DNA of 30,885 bases, from assembly GCA_030036915.1 (NCBI GenBank), contig JASHSC010000697.1:1-30885 (forward strand), written 5' to 3'. Position 1 is the stretch's first letter. Each line of letters opens with the position of its first letter. Positions 8,607 to 16,839 of this stretch are shown here, one piece after another. Below the pieces are notes generated by a model. It was given only the letters and a program-made list of their open reading frames with translations, did no database searches and was not told the origin of the DNA. The translations under genes were made by a program, and so were the position numbers. This stretch comes from Terriglobia bacterium. GTDB lineage: Bacteria > Acidobacteriota > Terriglobia > UBA7540.

Positions 8607-9914
8607 ATGCCATCTCTAAATGTTTCGCAATGGCCAGTCCGTGGAAATCCGCTGAAAGACCACCAAGCCGCGCGGGATTCATCGGAAATCCTGATTATCG
8701 GCGGTGGCGTCATCGGCATTTGTTGTGCGTACTATCTCGCGCTGCAGGGGCGAAAGGTTACGGTTATTGATAAAGGCGAATTAGGAGCGGCTTGCTCTTA
8801 CGGAAATGCCGGGCTGATTAGCATTAGTATGCCGCTGGCGGCTCCGGGCGCGATTTCGAAGGCCCTGAAGTGGATGGCAAATCCTGAAAGCCCTTTTTAT
8901 ATCAAGCCTCGGGTGAGCCTCGAATTACTTTCATGGATTTGGTGCTTCCAACAGGCCTGCCGGGAAAAGCTGATGCGCAAGACTATCCCTCTGCTGCGAG
9001 ATCTTAGCCGGGCGAGCCTTGTACTCCACGAAGAATTGGCGGCAAAAGAAGGGGTGAGCGGTTCTTACACGCAAAGTGGACTCCTAATGGTTTTTCGGAG
9101 CAGGCAAGGATTGGAAGCGGGGATTCATGAGGCAAAACTGTTTAACGAGTATGCGATTCAGACGGATGTCCTCGACGTAGAGGCGGTTCGCGGGATGGTA
9201 CCTGCCGCCAGTCCGAGCATCACCGGGGGAATCCATTACCAAGAGGACGGGCATCTGGATCCCAACCAATTTGTTCAGGCACTCGCGAGCTTGGCAATAC
9301 AAAAAGGAGTGAATGTCTTCCCGCGAACCGAAGTATTGGGATTCGAGACTTCCGATCGAAAAGTGACTGCGGTCAGGACGACACGTGGAGATTTCGGACC
9401 GGGCCAAGTTGTCTTGGCCGCGGGGGCCTGGTCGTCATCTCTCGCCAAGGATCTCAGGCTCAATGTGCATATTCAACCGGCAAAGGGTTACAGCATTACG
9501 GTTCGCCGGCCACTCGGATGGCCCTCGATACCGTTGATGTTGAGCGAAGCGAAAGTGGCCGTGACACCCATGCAAGAAAAGTTGCGTTTTGCTGGAACAT
9601 TAGAATTGGCAGGTATGGAGTTCTCATTCAATCAGCGAAGAATCTCGGCAATATTGCGTGCGGTCCGTGAATACGTTCCCGAGGCCCGGGAAAATGAGCT
9701 TATTGAGATCTGGCGCGGTTTGCGGCCGTGTACTCCTGACAGCCTGCCCATCATCGAACAGTCCAAATCATACGAGAATTTGATCATTGCAACGGGTCAC
9801 GGAATGCTGGGTGTGTCGTTAGGACCCATCACGGGCAAGCTCGTCTCGCAGATCGCCTCCGGCGAGGTACCGGATATTAACTTGTCAGCCCTTACGACGG
9901 CAAGATTTCAGTAG
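8607..9914 (+). CDS. FAD-dependent D-amino acid dehydrogenase/oxidase (DAO family, DadA-like)
   Basis: Motifs IIGGGVIGICCAYYL, SYGNAG, AKGYS, GLRPCTPD and ATGHGMLGVSLGPITG. The exact start and substrate are uncertain. Confidence 0.85.
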   Translation: MPSLNVSQWPVRGNPLKDHQAARDSSEILIIGGGVIGICCAYYLALQGRKVTVIDKGELGAACSYGNAGLISISMPLAAPGAISKALKWMANPESPFYIKPRVSLELLSWIWCFQQACREKLMRKTIPLLRDLSRASLVLHEELAAKEGVSGSYTQSGLLMVFRSRQGLEAGIHEAKLFNEYAIQTDVLDVEAVRGMVPAASPSITGGIHYQEDGHLDPNQFVQALASLAIQKGVNVFPRTEVLGFETSDRKVTAVRTTRGDFGPGQVVLAAGAWSSSLAKDLRLNVHIQPAKGYSITVRRPLGWPSIPLMLSEAKVAVTPMQEKLRFAGTLELAGMEFSFNQRRISAILRAVREYVPEARENELIEIWRGLRPCTPDSLPIIEQSKSYENLIIATGHGMLGVSLGPITGKLVSQIASGEVPDINLSALTTARFQ

Positions 9915-9955
9915 CCGTAGAGCAAGAGACACTTTTTGAGATAAGGAGCCTTGAG

Positions 9956-12175
9956 ATGAAAATATTCAGGAAAAGCACGTTGGCTTTGATTTTGATGGCG
10001 AGTGGACCATTGTGGATTTCCTTGACTGTCGAGGGAGCGTCAGCCAGCCCTTTGACTGAGCGCTTTAATCTTCGACATGAGGTGACCCAGGACTCCTGGG
10101 AATGGCGACTGCCCGGCGACCTGAAGATCTCGGTGCGCGCCTGCCAGGATCCGGGGACTAGTGATCCGACGGCCTACGCGGTATTCGATTTTGAGACCCC
10201 GTCGACAGCGAAAGTGGAAGCAGAATTCGGGCTGACACCAAAACTGGGACAGGTCGTTGCAGAAGGCGAAACCGCGCGAAAAGAACACGAAATAAGATTG
10301 GATGGGCTTCGGCCCCGAGCTACCGAGTATTACGTACGGTTTCGAACCTTCGATGCTTCATCCGCCTGGTCAAGCCCGGTGCTCTCCTTCCAGACGCTTC
10401 TTCGCTACACTTATGGCTATAGCTTCTCCACGAACGATCCAGAACTTCACTGGCAGGAGGGCGTCCCAAGAATTATTACCACCAACCTCTGTCCTCAAGC
10501 AGCTGAGGTAAGCCGAAGGATTCGCGACGTCGACGCAAAGGCCTACTTGCAGCACATCATTCAAACGATCATCCAGCCGCAGATGACCCAGCTTGAAAAA
10601 GTAAAAGCGATTATGACGTTTGTCGGCACGGCGGTTCACCATAACCCGCTGTATGTTTACGATGGGCCGTATTCTGGCCTGCTTCGACAGGATCCCAATA
10701 CCGGTTTCTTGGAGCCGGGTGGTGACCAGGAAGCCGTGATGGTTTTGGAACTGCATTACTGCCAGTGCGGAACAGTCCAACCCGTGGCGGCGGCGCTTTT
10801 CCGGCTCATCGATGTGGGTGGGGGAGCTTGGCCAGCCCCCAACGGTCACCACTCATCGGGACGAGTGATGATCAATGGGCAATGGTGTTTCGCGGATGAA
10901 GACGCCTACAAGAAAGGTGCCTTCCCGTTGATGCTGGACGGTTCCCTGCCTCCGTTAGATTGGTTACTGCAGGGTGATCATGTGTATCTTCTCGACACCA
11001 AGCGAGCTTGGAGTGATTGGGGTTCAAACGGCGATTGGATGCTCACAAAGGATGGTTTCCTCATCACCGGTAACACGGGCGGTGGGCATGATTCATCGGA
11101 AGACGCCTACGCCTCGGCATGGTTTGGGGCCCGCACGGAATTTCCGCCCAGCCTTCCACGACCGTTGCCGGTGACCCATTTTGAACGCGGCGAGGTTTTG
11201 CTCGAATGGGGCGGGTCTTATGATCGGGATAACGACTTTCGCGATTACATTGTAGAGGTGGGCACGGGACCGGAACTGAGTGACATTGGCCGCTTTCACA
11301 CGACGCGGGCGTTTTACGAGGTCAAGCTGCCGCATGAGGGCAGGTATTACTGGCGTGTTAGAGCGACGGACCATCACGCCTCAGGTACGCCTTACGCGGG
11401 AAAGATCTACTATGAAAACTCCAAAGAGAGCTCCTTCGATACCGCCAGGCTCCCGCAGGGGCTCGGCGATTCCCCCAACACCAAATCCCTTCATCCGCCT
11501 GAAGATGTTCTGTTCTCGCTTGACGTCGCCGATGGCTCGCTGGGCGGGCTTGAGCCGCGCGGGGCCATTCCTGATGAGGCGACCCTGGGCACTGGAGCTT
11601 ATGCAGGGACAGACCTGTTTAACGTCGAATGGGGGAAGGATGGACGTGTCCTCGAATTGATGGATCCGAGCAACCGGTGGGCAAGTCCCCGTCGAGTGGT
11701 ACGGAGGACTTGGTACAAGGCCGTGACGGCAAGAATCACCCCTGAAGATTCGTGGGAGTTAAGCTGTGCCATACGAACCGGTCGTTCGTTCATAGCTGGA
11801 AATTCCAGCTTTCCGCTGCTGTATGTCACCGATCCAACCAGCGCCGAGCGAGCGATCGGCATCACGCTGGATCCCGTATTCGGAACGGTGAGTGGGGCCA
11901 CGAGGGATAGTGTGGGTTGGTCAAACCTTGATGCCTTCGACCCACAGAATCGATGGCACACGTACACCGTTCGTTTCTCCGCAAGTGAGAAGGCAAGAAG
12001 CTCCGCTGCACCCCAGAAGAATGTCATAAGTTATTTTGTCGATGGCAAACAATTGGGCGCCAACGCAACGATTCCCGAAGGGGTGACTCCGGGCACAGTA
12101 TGGATTTCCAGCAATCCGGTGGCGGATGTAACAGCTTGGATTGGCAAGGTCGAGATCGACAGAGTACGGCGATAG
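9956..12175 (+). CDS. Secreted multidomain protein: signal peptide, FN3-like, transglutaminase-like Cys-His-Asp core, FN3-like, C-terminal ConA/LamG-like beta-sandwich
   Basis: AAGGAG RBS and Sec leader MKIFRKSTLALILMASG. FN3-like HEIRLDGLRPRATEYYVR and EVLLEWGGSYDRD...YIVEVG...YYWRVRATD. Putative triad YCQCG / PNGHHS / WCFADED. LamG-like RWHTYTVRF...SYFVDGK. Confidence 0.65.
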   Translation: MKIFRKSTLALILMASGPLWISLTVEGASASPLTERFNLRHEVTQDSWEWRLPGDLKISVRACQDPGTSDPTAYAVFDFETPSTAKVEAEFGLTPKLGQVVAEGETARKEHEIRLDGLRPRATEYYVRFRTFDASSAWSSPVLSFQTLLRYTYGYSFSTNDPELHWQEGVPRIITTNLCPQAAEVSRRIRDVDAKAYLQHIIQTIIQPQMTQLEKVKAIMTFVGTAVHHNPLYVYDGPYSGLLRQDPNTGFLEPGGDQEAVMVLELHYCQCGTVQPVAAALFRLIDVGGGAWPAPNGHHSSGRVMINGQWCFADEDAYKKGAFPLMLDGSLPPLDWLLQGDHVYLLDTKRAWSDWGSNGDWMLTKDGFLITGNTGGGHDSSEDAYASAWFGARTEFPPSLPRPLPVTHFERGEVLLEWGGSYDRDNDFRDYIVEVGTGPELSDIGRFHTTRAFYEVKLPHEGRYYWRVRATDHHASGTPYAGKIYYENSKESSFDTARLPQGLGDSPNTKSLHPPEDVLFSLDVADGSLGGLEPRGAIPDEATLGTGAYAGTDLFNVEWGKDGRVLELMDPSNRWASPRRVVRRTWYKAVTARITPEDSWELSCAIRTGRSFIAGNSSFPLLYVTDPTSAERAIGITLDPVFGTVSGATRDSVGWSNLDAFDPQNRWHTYTVRFSASEKARSSAAPQKNVISYFVDGKQLGANATIPEGVTPGTVWISSNPVADVTAWIGKVEIDRVRR

Positions 12176-12463
12176 GCATAGATGCAGTGCGGGGAAAGCG
12201 AGAATCAGCCCTACGCCTTAATGTCTGCGAGCTTGGTGGGGCGGACTTTTCTCGGCTTACAGTGCATTGGAGACTTCGAGAGGGGTGTCGTCCCCACGCG
12301 GATTAATTCTCACGGATTTGTCGCGTTTTCTGCTTCGTTGGCTGAAGCAGTCGATTCTCGGCGTCAAAGCGACTTCAAGATGCCCTTGAGATGACCGAAG
12401 ATGCGAAAAATATAGGAAAATCGTCGATAAAAACTAAAGCAAAAAACATTTTTGGAGGAGACC

Positions 12464-13234
12464 GTGGACATTTTTACGTGTGATCATGCCTCTGTCAATG
12501 TTTACCAATCTAAGCTAGAAGCCAGCCGCGCAGCATCTGCCCATGGAGTAACGGTTTTGCGCAAGTGTATCTCGTCTCGTGGACGAGCCTCCATTATTGT
12601 CGCAACTGGCCTTTCACAACTGGAAATGATTGACGCGCTGGTGCAAGAACCGAATTTGGATTGGCACCGGATTGAAGTTTTTCATATGGACGAATACGTC
12701 GGGTTGCCCGAGACACACCCTGCGAGTTTCCGGCGCTGGCTGAAAGTACACTTAACGGATGCTGTTCATCCAGCTGCAGTCCACTATTTAAATGGTGACG
12801 TTGCGGATTCCGAGGAAGAGTGCGAACGCTATGGTGCACTACTTCGTTTCGCGCCGATCGACATTTGCTTTCTCGGCTTTGGGGAGAACGGTCACATAGG
12901 TTTTAATGACCCGCATGTAGCCAGATTCGATGATCCTTATACCGTCAAAAGGGTTAAGCTAGACGTACGGTCGAGGATGCAACAGGTGGGTGAAGGCAAT
13001 TTTCCTCAACTGGAATCAGTTCCCCCTGAAGCACTCACGATCACTTGTCCCACGTTACTTGGCGCCGAACACTTGATATGTTGTGTTCCAGAACGGCGTA
13101 AAGCCGAGGCAGTTAGAGCCGCGCTTCAGGGGCCGATCACTTCGCTCTGCCCGGCATCCATTGTTAGGACGCATCCCCGCGCGTTCGTATTCCTGGACGC
13201 AGACTCAGCTTCGCTTTTGCAGGGTGTCGCCTGA
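12464..13234 (+). CDS. nagB: Glucosamine-6-phosphate deaminase (NagB-like)
   Basis: Motifs IVATGLSQ, FHMDEYVGLP, GFGENGHIGFNDP, KAEAV and CPASIVRTHP. GTG 12464 follows GGAGGAG (12454-12460). Confidence 0.85.
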   Translation: MDIFTCDHASVNVYQSKLEASRAASAHGVTVLRKCISSRGRASIIVATGLSQLEMIDALVQEPNLDWHRIEVFHMDEYVGLPETHPASFRRWLKVHLTDAVHPAAVHYLNGDVADSEEECERYGALLRFAPIDICFLGFGENGHIGFNDPHVARFDDPYTVKRVKLDVRSRMQQVGEGNFPQLESVPPEALTITCPTLLGAEHLICCVPERRKAEAVRAALQGPITSLCPASIVRTHPRAFVFLDADSASLLQGVA

Positions 13235-13340
13235 TGTGGATGTCTACGATGCGGCGGCCATGAGTGCTCCCGGCCCCTTGAGTGAGAATTCTGTGGCGCA
13301 AGGCAGCGCGCCGGTGAAATTTCCGGATTTCACCCCGGGG
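13230..13340 (+). pseudogene. C-terminal remnant of a Gfo/Idh/MocA oxidoreductase-fold protein (GH109-like)
   Basis: PDVDVYDAAAMSAPGPLSENSVAQGSAPVKFPDFTPG matches the characteristic D-VYDAAAWS..PLSE.S.....PV.FPDFT.G tail of this family. No N-terminal part is present. Confidence 0.7.
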
Positions 13341-13812
13341 ACGCTGGCAACAATCGCGGCAGCAATTGTGAGGTTTAGGGTGGACTGCACTTAAGGGAAT
13401 CTGCCTGATCCGTGTCGTGCAAGGAGCTCGAATGAGCCACCATCCGGCAGGGAGAAATTGCGTCATTGGTCACACAGTTGCGCACCACCCGCAGTCATTG
13501 ACGGCATCACGCGCAGTGGTACCACCATTCCTTCGTTCTGCACTCCGGCCTCGTCGGGCCGGGTGTAGCGATTGGCGCCCAACCCTCCTCTGTAGCATCG
13601 GCCGGCGTGCGTTGTTTTCACCTCGCCACCAAAACGGATGGCGCGGACATGGTCCTTCACATACCATCTGTTTCGGCGCGCGCATGCAGAAATTGCCCGT
13701 GGACCCGAGGTTGTGGTTGGCCGCGCACGTTTGAGATGACCCGTTTTGTTCCTTGAACATATGAGTCTTGGACAACACCGAACCTAGACAAGTTAAATGT
13801 TAAGGGGTAATT

Positions 13813-14955
13813 GTGGCAAAACACTTTGACGTGATTGTGGTCGGCGTGGGCGCGATGGGCAGCGCTGCCACCTACCACTTGGCGCGGCGTGGCAAAAAGG
13901 TACTCGCTCTTGAGCGTTACAGCATTCCGAATGAAATGGGTTCCTCTCATGGCATTACGCGCATCATTCGGTTGGCCTATTATGAACATCCCTCTTATGT
14001 TCCCTTGCTGATCCGCGCATATGAATTATGGCGGGAGCTTGAACAGCAATGCAGCCAGCAGCTTCTCCATGTCACCGGTTCTGTTGACTCTGGTCCACCG
14101 GGGAGCCCTACATTTGAGGGGGCAAGAGTTTCTTGCACTATCTACGATCTTCCGCACGAGATTCTTACTAGTGCTGAGCTGAAGAAACGCTTTCCAGGCT
14201 ATGCACTCCCCACCGACCACCATGCTGTTTACCAGCCGGAAGGCGGATTCCTCCTGCCCGAGCGCTGCATTATTGCGCATGTCACACTAGCCCAATCCCA
14301 TGGTGCCGATGTGCGAGCGTGTGAGAGGGTTTTAGGATGGGAGCCGACCGGTAAAGGAGTACAAGTGGTCACAAATCGGGCCACTTATGAAGCCGACCGG
14401 CTTGTGGTGGCCGCTGGAGCATGGATTTCGCAACTGGTAACATGTCTTGCCGCGCTCGTTGAGCCTGAGCGGCAAGTCTTGGCGTGGTTTCAACCCCTCC
14501 GGCCCGAGTTGTTCTCATCGAAGAGATTTCCGGTCTTTAACGTCATCGTAGAAGAAGGTCGATTTTACGGCTTTCCGGTCTTTGATGTCCCCGGGTTCAA
14601 AGTCGGACGTTACCACCATCTCCGCGAATCGGTGGACCCTGATAAGATGCTCCGTGAGTTCAATCACCGCGACGAAAATGTCTTGCGTGGCTTCACTAAG
14701 CGGTACTTCCCCGCCGCCGCGGGTCCCACGATGGCCATGAAGACTTGCATGTTCACGAATACGGCCGACGAGCACTTTATTCTCGACTTTCATCCAAAGT
14801 ACCCGCAAGTGGTTATCGCTTCGCCTTGCTCTGGTCACGGCTTTAAATTCAGCAGCGTGATTGGCGAGATCCTTGCAGATCTCGTGGAAAATGGGAATAC
14901 TCGCCATGACATTTCCATGCACCGCCTCGACCGGCTAACCGCCCGGCCGAACTAG
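13813..14955 (+). CDS. solA: N-methyl-L-tryptophan oxidase / monomeric sarcosine oxidase
   Basis: Motifs VIVVGVGAMGSA, GSSHGITRIIRLAYYEHPSY, KTCMFTNTADEHF (covalent-FAD Cys position) and SPCSGHGFKF. GTG start after AAGGGG. Confidence 0.88.
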   Translation: MAKHFDVIVVGVGAMGSAATYHLARRGKKVLALERYSIPNEMGSSHGITRIIRLAYYEHPSYVPLLIRAYELWRELEQQCSQQLLHVTGSVDSGPPGSPTFEGARVSCTIYDLPHEILTSAELKKRFPGYALPTDHHAVYQPEGGFLLPERCIIAHVTLAQSHGADVRACERVLGWEPTGKGVQVVTNRATYEADRLVVAAGAWISQLVTCLAALVEPERQVLAWFQPLRPELFSSKRFPVFNVIVEEGRFYGFPVFDVPGFKVGRYHHLRESVDPDKMLREFNHRDENVLRGFTKRYFPAAAGPTMAMKTCMFTNTADEHFILDFHPKYPQVVIASPCSGHGFKFSSVIGEILADLVENGNTRHDISMHRLDRLTARPN

Positions 14956-15143
14956 ATTAGGGTCTGCGGTTGTGAGCGGAACGGCCCACGAAGGTCTAAA
15001 ATAGTAGAAAGCTGGTGTGGGCGGACACAAACCCACGAAAGTCGAACCGGACGAGCGAATTCCCTCATGCCATAGTTTTTTGGAGTGAACCCTTGAAATG
15101 AGACAGTCCAGATGGGCACACCTGGCTTGGAAAGGAGAGTCAA

Positions 15144-15485
15144 GTGAAGCGGAAACGGTACTCGCGGAAGTTCCAACGCAAGGCGGCGGAGCGCATGTGG
15201 ACCTGCGAGAGTATTGCGCGGTTGGCGGAGGAATTGGGGGTAACACCGCGCTGCCTCTACAAGTGGCGCAAGAAACTTGATTTGGCTGAATCCGGGGAAG
15301 AGTTGGCACGACCCTGCACGCACGAGGCATCCTTCCGTAAGCAGGCCCAGCAGTGAAAGCGACTGCTGGCAGAAAAGGTCTTGGAAGTGGATTTTTTCAA
15401 GGGTGCCTTGCAAAAAATCGAGGCTCGACGCCAGCGGAGCGGCGGTTCTGGCGAGACGGTATCTACGACCAAGTCCGGGAATTGA
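15144..15485 (+). pseudogene. IS3 orfA (HTH) with in-frame TGA at 15354-15356
   Basis: KRYSRKFQRKAAERM...LAEELGV...LYKW, then Q*KRLLAEKVLEVDFFKGALQKIEARRQ continues to TGA 15483-15485. A T-TTT-TTC heptamer at 15392-15398 is in the correct phase for -1 frameshifting into the open orfB frame. Confidence 0.8.
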
Positions 15486-16285
15486 TGCCGTTGCAAGGTA
15501 GCCTGAGTATCGAGCGCATGTGTAAGCTGGCCGGGGTTAGCCGAGCCACCTTCTACCGATCTTTGCGGGAGCAACAACCGGTGGAGGAGGAGATGGAAGT
15601 GCGGTCGGCCATTCAGCAAATCGCGCTGGAACATCGGCGTCGCTACGGGTACCGGCGGATCGCTCGCGAGATGCGTCGTCGAGGCATGCCGGTGAATCAC
15701 AAGCGAGTTCTGCGGATGATGCGCGAGGACAACCTGCTGGCGGTGCAGCCACGGGCCTTCGTGGTGACCACGGATTCGGATCACGGATTCGAGGTCTACC
15801 TGAACCTGGCGGGCCGCATGAAGCTGACGGGTATGGATCAGCTCTGGGTCGCCGACATCACCTACCTTCGGCTGAACGCTGAATTTGTCTACCTGGCCGT
15901 GATCCTCGATGGTCACTCCCGCAAAGTGGTCGGCTGGGCGTTGGACCGTACGCTGACCGCACGTCTGGCGATCGCTGCGCTGGACCAGGCGATCGCAGAG
16001 CGGCAGCCGAACCCCGGCTTGGTCCATCACTCGGACCGCGGAGTGCAATGTGCTTGCGCGGAATACGTGGCGGTTCTCAAAAAGCACGGGTTGATTCCGA
16101 GCATGAGCCGCCCGGCCAATCCCTATGACAATGCGAACTGCGAAAGCTTCATCAAGACCTTGAAAAGGGAGGAAATTTAAGCCGGCCGGTATGACAACTT
16201 GGAACATCTGCGTGCGAACATCACCGAGTTCTTCGAGGAGTATTACAATCGGCAGCGGCTGCACTCGACGCTTGGCTACCTGTCG
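15485..16285 (+). pseudogene. IS3 orfB DDE transposase with premature TAA at 16178-16180
   Basis: Motifs SIERMC..AGVSR, YGYRRI, WVADITY, HHSDRG and NANCESFIKTLKREEI*. The frame continues AGRYDNL...YYNRQRLHSTLGYLS after the stop. Confidence 0.85.
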
Positions 16286-16300
16286 TTCGCCAGAACCAAA
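16281..16300. mobile_element. Possible TGT-type terminal inverted repeat of another IS (IS481/ISNCY-like)
   Basis: TGTCGTTCGCCAGAACCAAA begins exactly where IS3 homology stops. Resemblance to TGT...ACA-ended elements is from memory only. Confidence 0.3.
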
Positions 16301-16371
16301 TTAGGGATGACATACTTCCTGGTGGGTGCTCTTCTGTGTTCCATCTCGTCCGGACGATGAAACCTACGGTG

Positions 16372-16629
16372 AGTCGCTTGGGGGTGTCGCCCAGCCTGGC
16401 TCGTTGTCTGTTCTCGACCAACGTGATCGAGAGTCCGCACAGCGGAGTCCGCCTGCGCACGCGTAAAGTCTGCCGCTGGCGCGACGGTCAGATGGCGATG
16501 CGTTGGGCAGCCGCTGCCCTGCTCATGACCGAACAGAATTTCCGGAAGATTATGGGCTACCGCGACCTGTGGATGCTCAAATCAGCCTTAGATCACAAGG
16601 AGGTGTCCCCGCAAAGTAAGGTGGCGTAA
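16372..16629 (+). pseudogene. C-terminal fragment of an IS256-family transposase
   Basis: RLGVSPSLARCLFSTNVIESPHSGVRLRTRKVCRWRDGQMAMRWAAAALLMTEQNFRKIMGYRDLWML contains the STNxIES catalytic-Glu motif of Mutator/IS256 transposases. Confidence 0.8.
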
Positions 16630-16839
16630 AAGGGCGTATACTTCCGTGGCAGACTATGCCAGGAGCGAGACCTTGGCTATACTTGCACACGATTGCGTGC
16701 TACTTAAAGACCCTTACCAGCAAGGGAGCTTTATCCGCATTAACATAGGGAAAGCTTCGTCTGGGGCGGCAGCGGGGACGAAGGTTGTTGTCAGGAAGTT
16801 TCATCAACGCAATCTGAATTCTTTTTGCAGGGGGCCGTT

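Larger units (their letters stand above)
15086..16285 (+). mobile_element. Defective IS3-family insertion sequence; right end missing
   Basis: TG-initiated candidate left end TGAACCCTTGAAATGAGACAG at 15086, then orfA (HTH) and orfB (DDE integrase core). No matching right inverted repeat was found. Confidence 0.85.

Noticed and set aside
12176-12460. Riboswitch or glmS ribozyme upstream of nagB (small stems such as CTGCTTC/GAAGCAG)
   Set aside because: No recognisable conserved core motif; short stems are expected by chance at this GC content.
13316-13340. GGTGAAAT/ATTTCACC-type inverted repeat near 13313-13334 as a terminator for nagB
   Set aside because: It lies within the GH109-like relic coding sequence (VKFPDFT) and lacks a U-tract.
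15257-16264. 335-aa minus-strand ORF
   Set aside because: Antisense shadow of the IS3 transposase; no motif of its own.
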